Part shown: in pieces, positions 9,024 to 23,560 of the stretch
How the letters are laid out: every line of letters begins with the position of its first letter
How positions within the stretch are numbered: position 1 is the first letter of the stretch
NCBI GenBank assembly: GCA_951406725.2
Contig: OX597822.1
Coordinates: 6,262,001-6,326,000 of the forward strand
Direction of reading: 5' to 3'
Origin: Octopus vulgaris
Lineage: Eukaryota
DNA: 64,000 bases
Notes under the pieces: model-generated
Databases searched by the model: none
What the model was told of the DNA's origin: nothing
The model's input: the letters and a program-made list of their open reading frames with translations, nothing else
Program-made: the position numbers and the translations under genes

Positions 9024-9451
9024 TTGTTCTATTTTAATAGCGTGCTTTCACTTCACTACCGAGCGCAGCTCTGTGTGCCTTGGGTATGTGCTGTGATTTG
9101 TTGTGATGCTCTGATGGTTATTGTATGGAAAGTGTTCTGCGTAGGATGTGTGCAGTGCCTAGTAGTGCAATTTTCTGTATGTTATATGTGTTTGTAAGTC
9201 CTAGTGTTTTTGTTATGTATTTGTCTGAATATTTTTTTATCATGCCTAATGCACCTACTATGATAGGGATTGTTTCTGTTTTTAGATTCCACATTCTGGT
9301 TACCTCTATTTCCAGGTATTTTGAAAGTTTCTCCATTTCTTTTAGAGAAACGTTGTCATCAGCCGGTATTGATACATCAATTAGAAAGCATTTTATTTCT
9401 TCATGATCTCTGACAACTATATCTGGTTTGTTGGCCTTAATTTCTCTATCT
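9021..9451 (-). mobile_element. R4/Dong LINE short 3' fragment, same subfamily as 7607-8970
   Basis: Near-identical RLE C-terminus (LEIEVTRMWNLKTETIPIIVGALG) and 3' UTR. Confidence 0.9.
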
Positions 9452-9509
9452 TATAATAATAATAATAATAATAATAATTTCTCTATAATTTTTAAATTAA
9501 GATAGCGAA

Positions 9510-9568
<59 letters not shown>

Positions 9569-9700
9569 CATCATCATCATTATTATTCAGGCACATCGAA
9601 AAATACCTTAGGAATAGGAAAAAAGAATCCAGGTTTGAAATTTCCCCAGTCAAATGTAAATAATCTAAATAATGTATATATATATATATATATACACACA

Positions 9701-9731
<31 letters not shown>

Positions 9732-9753
9732 TACACACAAATATATATATATG

Positions 9754-9804
<51 letters not shown>

Positions 9805-9995
9805 GGCATTATATACTTGCCAGAAGGCATTATACATACATGCCAAACGCTAAGAGGGACAATTAGTCATTTCTACCAAAAATATTACTAATCCCACCGA
9901 ATGCAATTTTTCAAAGTAAGACATTTATCTTACGCTATCTACCTGACAATTTCTTGTTAAGTTTTCCTTATTAAGTAGTTGTCCTTAATTAATTG

Positions 9996-10822
<827 letters not shown>

Positions 10823-11131
10823 CATAATTATTTGTATTTTGTTATATACAAATTAGGTCAAATGTCACCTGACGGTAAATCAAAATCATTTTATTCTAAG
10901 ATTTATTTATGCTTAACAACTAAATAAATTTGATAAAGGCATCTAAATATGAAACATCATGAAAACTGTTCAAACTGAAGTCCTTCTTGAGCAACACATT
11001 TTTCCATTCGAGTCAATACGGAATTGCAGATAGCATTTATGGAATTTTGATTTACTGTCGGGTGACTTTTGTCCAATTCTGTATATATATATATATATAT
11101 ATATAAACATACGTTTGTGTGTGTGGGGCGG

Positions 11132-11170
<39 letters not shown>

Positions 11171-11675
11171 GAATATTAAGAGAAATAAAAATTGACATAT
11201 TTACGCACAAAATCTGTATTAATCGTTAGTATTGTCTATATTTGTTTACTCATAGAATTTAAAACTCTTGGACTTTCTGTGTAAACAGTCGATAACTGCA
11301 TCTTTTTCTGCTATTAAGAAGGCCATCTCTAGTCACAAGAATTTCCAGTGCTTCATTTAAGCATAATCTGCAACAACTTCCCTCCCCTCTATAGGGATTT
11401 ATAGAACATATTATAAATTATCGTAATTTATAGCCTATACCTTTTTGATTTTAAGTCATGTGTATACACGGAAACTGATGTCGTTTATCATAATTTCACC
11501 GATATTTGCCGTGTATTCCATAACTAGTAATCCGGCTAAGAAAATAGGTGCTTAACCACTAAATTGGAAACAGAGTGGATATTCTAGGTGGATGTCCAAA
11601 CTTAACAGTAACAGGCGCACATTGATCTGTACGCAAATAAACACACACACGTTCAAATATATATACATATACATA

Positions 11676-12110
11676 GGCGCAGGAGTGGCTGTGTGGTAAG
11701 TAGCTTGCTAACCAACCACATGGTTCCGGGTTCAGCTCCATTGCGTGGCATCTCGGGCAAGTGTCTTCTGCTATAGCCCCGGGCCGACCAATGACTGGTG
11801 AGTGAATTTGGTAGACGGAAACTGAAAGAAGCCTGTCGTATATATGTATATATATATATGTGTGTGTATGTGTGTGTGTGTATGTGTGTGTGTGTATGTG
11901 TGTGTGCTTGTCCCCCTAGCATTGCTTGACAACCGATGCTGGTGTGTTTACGTCCCCGTCACCTAGCGGTTCGGCAAAAGAGACCGATAGAATAAGTACT
12001 GGGCTTACAAAGAATAAGTGCCGGGGTCGATTTGCTCGACTAAAGGCGGTGCTCCAGCATGGCCGCAGTCAAATGACTGAAATAAGTAAAAGAGTAAAAG
12101 AGTAAGAGTA
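11676..12110 (+). mobile_element. Full-length SINE family A
   Basis: tRNA-like head with A/B boxes, central (TA)(TG) tract, (taaaagag)n tail. Confidence 0.93.
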
Positions 12111-12332
12111 TATATATATATAATTAAATACACACACATGTATACACGTACTTATATGTGTGCATGCATGTGTATATATGCGCGTGTTTCTGTGTATATT
12201 ATCCAAGATAGTGAACTATAGCATCGTTGGTTTACAGATGCCCCTTTGCGACAGGGGGGGGGGAGTTCCTGCAATTCAATGCAGAACTATTTCAAGGGAG
12301 TTTCTATTCTAAAGTCACGCATGCTTGAGCTA

Positions 12333-12530
12333 TACTCTTTACTCTCTTTTACTTGTTTCAGTCATTTGACTGCGGCCATGCTGGAGCACCGCCTTTAGTC
12401 GAGCAAATCGACCCCGGGACTTATTCTTTGTAAGCCCAGTACTTATTCTATCGGTCTCTTTTGCCGAACCGCTAAGTGACGGGGACGTAAACACACCAGC
12501 ATCGGTTGTCAAGCAATGTTAGGGGGACAA

Positions 12531-12583
<53 letters not shown>

Positions 12584-12754
12584 CATTTATACGACAGGCT
12601 TCTTTCAGTTTCCGTCTACCAATTCCACTCACATGCATTGGTCGGCCCGGGGCTATAGAAGAAGAGACTTGCCCAAGATGCCACGCAGTGGGACTGGAAA
12701 CCGGAACCATGTGGTTGGTTAGCAAGCTACTTACCACACAGCCACTCCTGCGCC
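12333..12754 (-). mobile_element. Full-length SINE family A, inverted relative to the 11676 copy
   Basis: Reverse complement of the family-A sequence over its whole length. Confidence 0.93.
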
Positions 12755-12789
12755 TATATCTACATCTGTTAATTATATTTCGTTTACAA

Positions 12790-13725
12790 ATGCTTACACA
12801 AGCAAACACGATTTTTGCAGTACCTTATAGAGTGTTTCTAAAGTTTCCAGATGTTTTTCTCGGATTGGTTGGTATTGAACCCAATGCTCCGATGACAGTA
12901 GGGATAACCTTTTATGTGTGAATCTCGTAGCTGTCATATCTTAGCGATTTCAATTCTCAGGTCTTCATATTTATAAATCTTTTCTCTTTCTCCCATAGTA
13001 TGCTGATCTCCTGGCACTACCACATCAATTATCAGGGATTCCTGTTTGTCCCTCCTAAAGGTTATTATATCGGGCCTTTGGTGCTCTAACACCTTGTCTT
13101 TCTGGAAGTCAAAGTTCCAGAAGATTTTTATTTTCCTCTCTCCGTCCATTGGCTTTCCCGGTGTATGTTGGTACCAAGCACCCGTTACCTCGTATCCATA
13201 TTTCCGACATAGTAGCCAGTGGAGGTGTTGGGTTACCTTGCCGTGTCCGCGCTTGTACTCATTTTGTGCAAGACTTTCACAAGCGCTAACAATGTGAGTC
13301 ACGCTTTCGACCCTCTTCCCATACATTCTGCTGAGGTCCGTTGCACTTGTGTGGTAGATATCCCTTTTCACACAGTTGGTACACAATGCCTGATCCTAGG
13401 CAGCGATGATTAGGCTTTCAGTCTTCTTTTTTAGGTCACCCTCGCTGAACCACCTCCATGATGATTTGTGATTCTTTAAGTTGTGAGTTTCAAGGTGGAA
13501 CCGATCATGTAATTCCATGCAGAGTAAGGTTTCTTCTCTCGTTGGCTGTTCGTAATCGGAATTCATAAGCACTCTCAAGTCCATTTGTGGTAAATCCTTC
13601 TGCTTAGCAGCATACTGTAGCAGTTATTCTGTACTGTTTACCAAATATTCTGCCATGTTTCTTCTTTCACTGTTGAAGCACTCCTGTACTCTAATCAATC
13701 CATATCCCCAATTACACCTCTTCTA
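12790..13725 (-). mobile_element. Older R4/Dong LINE 3' fragment
   Basis: LKKKTESLIIAA, ESVTHIVSACESLAQ, LHWLLCRKYG, RPDII, LIIDVVVPGD, KYEDLRIEIAK; stops and frameshifts; (ATT)n follows at 13732. Confidence 0.85.
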
Positions 13726-13730
13726 TATCA

Positions 13731-13803
<73 letters not shown>

Positions 13804-13807
<4 letters not shown>

Positions 13808-13895
13808 TTTTTATTTTAATAGCGTGCTTTCACTTCACTACCGAGCGCAGCTCTGCGTGCCTTGGGTATGTGCTGTGATTTGTTGTGATGCTCTA
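13804..13895 (-). mobile_element. R4/Dong 3'-UTR-only stub within (ATT)n
   Basis: agcgtgctttcacttcactaccgagcgcagctctg... same as at 7607, 9021, 30588. Confidence 0.85.
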
Positions 13896-14010
13896 TTATT
13901 ATTATTATTCTTGTTGTTGTTGTTGTTGTTTTTGTTGTTGTTGTTGTTGTTACTGTTGTAGTTATAATTCTTCTTCTTCTTTTTCTTCTTCTTCTTATTA
14001 ATTATTATTA

Positions 14011-14066
<56 letters not shown>

Positions 14067-14068
<2 letters not shown>

Positions 14069-14285
14069 GGCGACTAGTTGGCAGAATCGTTTTCCCGCCA
14101 GTTAAATGGCGGCATTTGGCACCCCATCTTTATATTCTTATTTCATATACCACCTTTGGTGACTTAGCCTTTCCCCCATTCTGAGTAGATTGATAAAATA
14201 AGTACCAGTTGAACACCGAAGTTGATCTAATCGACTAAGACCCTTCCTCGAAAATTTCTGGCTTTGAGCTAAAATTTCAAACCAC
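14067..14285 (+). mobile_element. Degenerate SINE family B
   Basis: aaggcg...tggcagaatcgtt head, aaataagtaccagtt, tail aaaatttcaaacc followed by (ATT)n. Confidence 0.7.
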
Positions 14286-17039
14286 TATTATTAATATAAT
14301 TATCATATCTGTTATTACTATTGTTGTTGCTGTTGTTATTGTCATCGTGGTTGCTGTCGTTTCCGTCGTCATCATTATTATCGTTTGGCTTAGCAGGATT
14401 TAAAGCTTCAGTACCCACGTGTTGTTAACGTTACATTTGTCGTGCTGACGTTCTGATATCATTGCTATTATCATTGATAATATCGACATAGCATCACACT
14501 ACATTACACAGTATTATACACAACATCACCAAAAAATGCACTGCTTCTATCATTACAGCTGCCATCACATATCTACCATTAAGCAACAGTAACATCATTA
14601 CTACCACAACCACTATCATCACTCCTCACACCACAACCACCACAACCACCACCACCACCATTACTTCCATCTCTACGACGACCGTTATCAGTACTCACAC
14701 ACGTAAGACACAGCATACATATACGCTCGCATACATATACGCTCGCATACATATGAACACATGCTCACGAAACGACACATACACACATAAAAACAGCAGC
14801 AACAACAACAACAACAAAAACTACAACTCATCATTATTTTTCTGCTTGAACTATCACTGTTACGAAATGCTAACACAACCATTTACAACATCAATAGCAC
14901 CGATTACTCAACACGCATTTGATCATATATATATTTTCTCGACTTTTTATTTTTCCATTTTATTTCTTTCTAAAATGTAAATGTTGGGTTATTTTGGAGT
15001 CCATTGATCCAGATAATGTGCTTCTGAGAAAGGAAAAGGAAAAGAAAGCCAAAAGAGATAAACCAAGGGGGAAAACAAATTAAACGAAAATGAAAGAGAA
15101 ATAGCGACAAGAACAGAAAGAAAATGGATAATATCTTTTCTTTTGGATGGGTAGATCTATCATCGGGGTAGAAGTAGATTTATTCACGTGGATCCATGGT
15201 TTCCTTTCGGTAACACTGTCTAATAATTGGTTGCGATTTATATTGAGGACTCGGTACGAATGTCCTATATCGTAAGGGAAAATAAAATGACAGGTTGGAG
15301 AATTATATCAGGATCAATTGTGTATTGAACTCGAGCCGTTACCTTGATTTATTGTGAATTTATTTCTGTCTCTGCGAACACCAAGACAGACCTGATCAGT
15401 TAGAGGCGTTCCAAATATGGCCATCCTATCATTTTCCGACCAATGTGGAGCTGTTTTTGAGACGGCACGATGCAATTCTATGGAAAATAATTCGCGCGAA
15501 GTCGAAACTTTTTCAGCGTTTCTTGCGCGATCGACATTGGCAGGAAGCATACCTTGCAGTATTGATAGTTTTGGAATCCTCTTCATTAGAGGTCAAATCC
15601 TATCAATACCAACTCTGCAATTCATCCTTTCACCTTTAATCAAACAAGCACCGGTACTCGATTCGACCGATGGCGCCTTTCAGCGTAGTTCAAATAGGTA
15701 CGAGTAATAGTGTTAACGAATTGCTCCTTTCTCGATCGATACAACTAATATTAGTACACGATTCAACCGAGTGCGCCAAACTATGTGACACAGAACCAGT
15801 CTCTGAAATCAGAGACAAAGTAGTAATCAACCTCCATCAGTTATGGGAAATGGTTGAATACATTACAATATTCTTTAATATACCCTGTATCGTTCCTGTA
15901 TGACCTGAGTTCAAGTTATAATTCTTCCATTGAATATAGTAGAATGAGCAATGCAGTTATAAAAGACATGACATAATTGTTTCTCAAAATGTCACACTAT
16001 AACGAAGCAAACATCCGACATGTAGCAATTTGTTTTGTTTGAGAAATTCTGTTGAGATGTTTTGTGTCCTATTTCTAAAACTCTGCTAAACTGTTGTCTG
16101 TTGAGGATGATTCCATAGGGATAGCCATACCGACTTTAAATAATGTTCCGTACTTCAAAAATAGCCACCTATTCATGGTTCAAAAGAACCGTGTTACAGA
16201 TTCACTCAATGTTGTAAACAGTATAAAACGAGGTCGAGCTTCTGATTCTGCCATGCGTGGAATTTATGCAACTGATTTTTAAGTTTTTAATCTATTCATA
16301 GATAGCATCTTTCTATCTTCCTCCTTCAATTTACAAGCATATACTCAGAGTAAACATATTTACTCGGACCATCCGTTACTCTAAATCCGCCTTTTAGCAT
16401 ATTTGTTGGGATATGGCCCTTTACTCTCTGCTCAAACTTTCCTTTTCAAGTGAAACTTGATATCGTGTTTGATAAATTGTTTACTATCAAGGAAACATAA
16501 AGTTTCAGCGTATGACTGCACATAATTAGAAACGGCATAGCCGGTCCTCTAGTCAGCGGGTTGTGACAATAAATTAAACACATGACCAGTGTAGCACGTC
16601 TTCTGCAAAGACAGCTGATGTGTAGTCGCTCCGTGCTTTTGTACGGCAAAATGTGAACTGGGTCAAGGCACTACGATAAGACTGTAATATAAAGTAAAAC
16701 CGATGTAAGCGTTTGCCACGTTAGCCTATTGTTTCAGGAATGCCTTTCTCTCAGCCTACTTCAAGGTGAGATTGACTACACTGCTCTTGACCTCAATTCT
16801 GTCCTTTTCCATGTTTAAGGTCTGCACTAAAACAGACCCCGTGCAGTTTTACTGGTCTGTCGATCGAGACCCCTACAACGCTGTTGGATGGCGTAGACCT
16901 TCTTCTCCAGGTACAGAGCTGCAAGCCTACTCAGTTTTATTGGTTAAATTTTACCCTAGGCACCGCTACATACAAAGTACATTCCAGAAGGTTTGAGATT
17001 TTTCAGGAAAGACATTTATTCATTAAAAAAGAAACTGTA

Positions 17040-18060
17040 ATCTTCTTCAGAGTAGGAACCTCTGATTTTAATACATATGTTTTAGTGCTCCAACAACTTC
17101 GTGAAGGCCCCCTAAAGTCCTCCAAAATGAAGGAAGGTATCCAGGCTCCTTTTCCCAGCTTCCTTCATCTTTTCAATGTCTTCAAAAAGATTTCTCCTAC
17201 AGTTCTCCTTTACCTTGGAGAATAGTCATATGTCACAAAGAACAAGGTCTAGACTATAGGGAAATGTAGGAACAGTACTGATACTATGCCTCCCAACCAG
17301 TTGGTTATAAGGATAGAATTGTGGGCTGGTGCATTGTCATGGTACAGGTTCCACCGACACGAGTGAAAGAGCTCTGGTCTTGTGCGATGAAATCAATTCC
17401 TGAACTCCTTGAAAACTTCCATAAAGTACTCTTTGCTGACCATCTCGCTCTAGGGAAACCAGTGGATGTAGATGATGCCTTTTCTGTTGAAATAGGTGAT
17501 CATCACGAGTTCCTTGATAGACTTGATTTGCCTACCCTCCTTGGGTCTGGGGAAACCAAAATGCTTCCATTAGGTATACATTCTTTTAGTCTGTGGATTA
17601 TAGCAGTAGAACCAGATTTTACTACAAGTTACGAGAGACTCAAATATTCTTGGATTGGAGGTAATGAGCTCAACCATCTTCCCGCTGACACCAAAGCATA
17701 TTTCCTCGTGTTCGTCACTGAGCACCTTGGGAACGAATTTTATGCAAATTTTGCGCATATTCAGATATCCATCTCTAAATTATATGCGTTTTGTCATTAT
17801 AGGAATACAACAATTTTCGTCCAGAAAATTGCGAATTTTCTCAACTAGTTCTGGTACTTAAACGCCCCTCTCCGTCTCACACCTCTCATCGTCTCTTACC
17901 TCCTCTCTACCATCCTTGGAGCTCTAGCCAGCAAAAACAAGATGATCAGTTCATGCCAGTTAATCCATAAGCACTCTGAGGAATTTCGCAAGATTCTGTC
18001 GCGTTTTTGCCCATTTAATACAAAATTTTATTAAATAGCCAGCTTCCAAATTGTCTTCGC
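17040..18060 (-). mobile_element. Decayed mariner (Tc1/mariner) transposase pseudogene
   Basis: Minus-strand motifs KFVPKVL (WVPHEL-like), LVTCSKIWFYCYNPQTKR, HDNAPAH (17321-17342), PYSLDLVLCD (YSPDLAP-like, about 17232-17260). Outer boundaries are approximate. Confidence 0.8.
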
Positions 18061-18178
18061 ATTTCGAATGCATTCTGAAAACTAGTCACCTGTAAGAAGC
18101 AGTATTTAGTACGTTGTGTTCAAAGTGCGGCTGCAGTCGTCACCTTCAATCTGGAACAAAATTTTGGCAGGTTAGATG

Positions 18179-18293
18179 TACGAGAGGGTGCTGAAAATTC
18201 CTGGCTTTGGGTAACAGAAAATAAGGAAGAAACCGTTAATTATGATTTTATTCAACATCTTCCACTTTCAGATTTACACATTTATTGCAGCGT
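18179..18293. mobile_element. Mariner-like terminal sequence
   Basis: TA + cgagagggtgctgaaaattcctggc followed by ttttattcaacat...cacatttattgcagcg, resembling the end of a mariner element; partner TIR not found. Confidence 0.45.
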
Positions 18294-18961
18294 ATTAGAA
18301 TTACCAGGCCCGTTGCAACCCAATTTCCTTTCTGAATTGCTTTATTTGTAGCGGTGGGTTCAGGTTTTCCATAACTACACATCTTATTATCAACCAACAG
18401 TGTAGTTCTAGCAGTATGTTTGAGTCTTCTTAGAAAAAATAATATTCATCCCAGGCAAAAACGTATAAAACTAAAATGCTTCTGGTCTAGGCTTTGTGAG
18501 TGGGACATAAGTTCAAATACGCGACTGTTTTTGAACTTATGGGCACGTCCCACAAACATAATGTCTAGTAAAATGTTCTTAAAGCAATTCAGCTTGGTCT
18601 GAAGGTATACGCTCTACATTGTGTTTTGTACGTAGATACGTATCTATACAGACATTTTATCCAATTTTAAACGTGGATGTCCTATTTAAACAAACTACAC
18701 TATAGTAATTACCATGAGAGAAACACTCACACTGGCTTTCTGTGCAAATTGTACACTTGTTTATAACACTATTGGGGAGACAAATCCCTGCAATCTTCAG
18801 CGCCAAGACCACAATTTCGACTTTCGTTGTTCCTGTCAATGGATGCTCGACCGCTAGAGATATCAGCAATTTGTCTCCACCAATGATATATAGAGTAATA
18901 GTACCAGAACAGGTGCCCGTGCCGATACTGGCCAGTAGCCTTTTTTTTTTCTTTTTTTTTG

Positions 18962-19087
18962 TACTTGTTTCAGTCATTTGACTGCGGCCGTGCTGGAGCA
19001 CCGCCTTTAGTCGAGCAAATCGACCCCGGGACTTATTCTTTTGTAAGCCCAGTACTTATTCTATCGGTCTCTTTTTGCCGAACCGCT
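18962..19087 (-). mobile_element. SINE family A, 3' fragment
   Basis: tacttgtttcagtcatttgactgcggcc...gccgaaccgct. Confidence 0.9.
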
Positions 19088-20865
19088 TGAAAATATTTAT
19101 TAACGACGGAGGTAGTATTAATACTGAGAGAAATGTTTACAAAAATTGTCTTTCTTTCTGGTTGTTCTAGATATGTTACAGTTTATTGAGAGTAACTTTC
19201 CTGTTTCTCTGCCTTTTCTAAATATTCATGATTTTTGGAAGAGTGAAAACAAACGGCTTTCGAAGAGCATAAAAAGAGTGAAACGATTGAAAACGTTGGA
19301 AATCTACATAAAAAAAGAAATGCTTTTTGCTGCGTTTTTCACTGCCTCTGCTATTATTACTTCTAATGCTTTCGCCTCTGCTACTGCTTCCGATATTACC
19401 CTTGCTATCATTATTGCTGTTGTTTCTGTGCATGTTTGATAATGATGCTACTTCAGTTTGCATTTAGAGTAGCCATGCAACCTTTTGAACTTTGACCTTT
19501 CATCGAGAAAGCTGAGATTTGAACACTCACTTTCCAATTCCTTCTTTGATGTTATTGCTGCTCCAACTTCTGCTGTTGTTCTTTCAGTTAACGTTGTTGT
19601 TACTGCTAATGCTGTTTGTCGCTGTAGTAGTAGTGCTACTATTTGGACTTCGAAATTTCAACGCACGAAAATAGTTATCCTTCCTTTAAACGGGCTGCAC
19701 CTTCCTTTACGCCCCATATCTTCACACTGTGTTTAGTTTGCTAGCTGCAGAAGCATGTATGAATGTATCTTTCAAATCAAACCAGCTACACTGAGCACAT
19801 TCGTCAAGAACAGACAATCAATTCTATCGAAGGGGTTTCGAGCTCAACCGATGATAAATTTATTTCTGACACACTCACAGCTGTCAGACACGAAGTTCAT
19901 ACTGCCGTGTATAAATCGGTTGGGAATAACACAGATATGTGCTACACTACGGATATGAGACAACGTCTTAACAAGCACCCTGGCTAAAATATTAGTCACT
20001 GTGATCATCAAATTTATGGACAGGAAATTGATGTCCTATTGCTTGCATTGCTTTTCAGCTGCGCCACTGTCTAGGACAAAAGAGACAACGGGAAGACTTT
20101 TTTGTTTTACAAGTTTTGCCCTTATACAAAAAGTTTATTTGGGAACATTATCGAAGCCAATTAATCTGCCTATCGCACAACCCCATCCGCACTAACACTA
20201 AGCGTAATTCTACTTTCGTTATCGGTCTTGGCAACGCTACGCCTCTATCACCAACAGCCGCGTCAGGCTGCCCACGTTGGCATGGCTGTGCCACCGTGAT
20301 TGTGCCGATCACTACAAAAATTTTAGTAGTAAGTACTATGCTCAAGAGATGGCAACATAATCACATATTGACCTCGACTAGTCAGTAGGCCTGCAGTTCG
20401 GGGCCTGGAGGAGCATGTGCACCATTTTGATTTATTAGACTTTATCTTCTTTGAAATTTATTTGAAATCAGAATGCCAATGAACAGAAAAACAAAACAAT
20501 ATCGCCGCAAGGTATTCCGCTAAATTACAATAAAATTAATAAGATAAATGTATATAAAGTGGGACGTTTCGTCGAATCCTTCACAAATTCGAACCACATG
20601 TAATGATACCTTTTTAATATTTAATGTTTCTTTAATAACGCGTTTTACTTTTTCTTGCCTTGGTTTTTGTATAAATGTTTATTTTTTCTTTAAAAGTCTA
20701 CGAGAAAATTCAAGAATTTACGCTATAATCGTGATTAACGCTACGAATTCAAATATGGGAGAAAAATCACTTATCTGTTCTTCTTAATGTGGAGCATTTA
20801 CTTTCCTTAACTTAGCAAAGTACACAAGGAGTAATAAAATCGATAATTGACTATTCCTTCCATAT

Positions 20866-20925
<60 letters not shown>

Positions 20926-22539
20926 GCAAAAAATAGGACTTGATACTGCATTAGATTGGAATATTTCAAACATTTATTGAAGAGTATATCTGATATCTTA
21001 GTAACCAAAAGTTTTAAAGACTGTCGGCAAGCGGCAAGAGTGCATATCGATTATACTTTAATTTGTGTGTGCCTCATTCTAATATATTGTGAGATCTAGA
21101 CCAATTATACTGAGATTGGTTGATACCGTAACTTTCAATCCAAAGCTATCCAAGTGCTTTATGAGGTTTACCTCCAAGGAATCTACCTTAGGCCGTCACT
21201 AAGGTGTGCCACAGCTAACCCATTGTCTTAGTAAATGCCGACGTTGAGTATAAGCGAATTTAACCTCTATTATATCCGATATGTAAATGCCAACCAGAAC
21301 ACTTATGTCTGACCTTATAGATGCCAAATAAACCTGATGGTTGCAAAAGTTCCAAATATGGTAATACTTTATCATAGAGAAATGTACTGAAAGCTTGCAA
21401 AAATAGTTTCCAATGTATTTCATATAAATTTCAGGAACTCCTGGGGAACTTGGTAGCTCTTCTAGAAAGGTTCTAGACATCGAAATGTACAAATCTACGA
21501 TACCATATTGAGTGAATTGTCTTAGTGTATTTTATAAGTTCCTAAACGGGTTGATAACTAGTATACCTATAAGTTCATCATTTCAGGTTAGTTGTTTTGA
21601 TATTAGCATTGTTTATTTTATAAAACATTTCTGATTATCAAACCTATTCTCTTTTTATTAGGGTTTATTAGCCTGCATTTGGAGATTTTAACGAAGTCTA
21701 TCTGCGATCTTCAAAGGTAAATGCTTCACATTTAGATAGACATTCTAGTCACTTACCTAATTTAATTTTCTTCGCTATTTGATCATTGTGTAATATATTT
21801 TCCCATGTATTTTCCTATAAGTATTAGCAAAGTCATTAAGAGTAGCTGCCTATGTTTATCATTATCTATCTATCTCATAGATGCTATTAATCTTTTCAGG
21901 TGAAATAAAAGCCAAAACAAACGCATAATTTAAGGATATTGCTTTTTAATATCCTTGCTTAATCTTATTTTGAACACATTTCTTGTATGTACCGAAGTTA
22001 ATGTTTGCCACAAAATCTAAAATGCTCTTAGTACATTGCTTGATATTTGTCCTCCGTTGAAATTTTTATCGTCTTAATATTGTAGTGTTTCAAAACAATA
22101 TTTACTAATCAAGAATCAAATAGACGTCACTGCATTTGCTACGCTATGGCGCAGCGAATTCTCCATTGAACCTGGTGATGACCTTCTATGATGTTTAACG
22201 ATGTTTAACTTTAATAGAGTAATCAATTTTGTGTATACCCATATTTGCATTATAATACTTAAACAGATAATGTGTTTCATTTCCAGTGAATATTTCATCA
22301 TTTGTCTGCATTAAGTGACCTATATAAAACCTGTTTCAAAATATGTCATATTTTGGAGTGCAAAAAAGTGTGACAAGGGAGACATTCACAAAATATAGAG
22401 AACTCAATATCGATGGCAGAATTAAATACCATTATACAGTTCTTCAGGAATATCAGGAAATATTATCAAGATTGTCTTAGCAGCATTATAGGCCACTGGG
22501 AGAAATCAATGTACTGGTCCCTATACTATTTATTTATTT

Positions 22540-22960
22540 ATTATATGCCACAGAATACACAGATCGAAATTGAGCGCCTTTGACCCGTGGGGCTCCTGGA
22601 CTACTACTCAGTGTCTGTCTACTTTATGACAGTCCTGAATACATTGAAGACAAGTTTTATATTGAGACAAGATTCAACAGTCAGCACTGCACAGAACCAA
22701 AGGTCCCGTCTTTTCTATTTAGAATAAGGACGTAGTAATGTACCAACTTGGGTTTCAAGGCTCCACAACTATTCAATATTTTGCAAAACAACTTCAGAGA
22801 TTTTTGAGGTGCGGATGCGTAGGTCTTCAATTAGCGTCTGGACAAATTTTAGATGAGATACCAGACGAACCCACTTCGCCGTATGACGCATGAAGAAGAG
22901 CGGCTTAGTCCAACTTGCTACTTCACCAGAAAGGACACAGAAAAGAAACCCAGTGGCTGA
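22540..22960 (+). mobile_element. Old CR1/L2-group LINE 3' coding remnant
   Basis: Broken frame GFKAPQLFNIL...RLDKF...IPDEPT...RAA.SN resembles the CR1-group ORF2 C-terminus. Confidence 0.55.
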
Positions 22961-23461
22961 AACCAGTAAAAGATAAAAGATATCAACTCGCATAATTTTC
23001 TTTTATGAGTCTCTAAATTAGGAGATAATACATTTCATTCTTTCGGCAACTCGCAAATTTTATCTCTCAAATCAAATAGTGAAAATAAAAAGGAAACGAA
23101 TATAATATACTTTCGAATTCATATCTAAACATGAAACCGTACAAAGATATACTGGTGAGGAATAGATTCCAAAACAGTCGCCTGTTTATTGTAGGAAACG
23201 GAAATCCATATCTGGTCAATAATAACTCTATTGTCAACGTATACTGAGGTGTTACAATTCAGTTCCAGACAAAAAAGAAAATAAATAATTACAGAATATT
23301 CAATACAAATGAGAATCATGAATAGGAGAAAAACCTGGAGACGTAACATAAACGAAAGAGAAATCTTATATTTATATATATGTATGTATATAGCTATACT
23401 CGCACAGCCAATATATGTATATGTATGCATATATATCTACATATATCTATATGAATATATG

Positions 23462-23493
<32 letters not shown>

Positions 23494-23524
23494 TGTATGT
23501 ATCTATCTATCTATCTATCTATCA

Positions 23525-23560
<36 letters not shown>

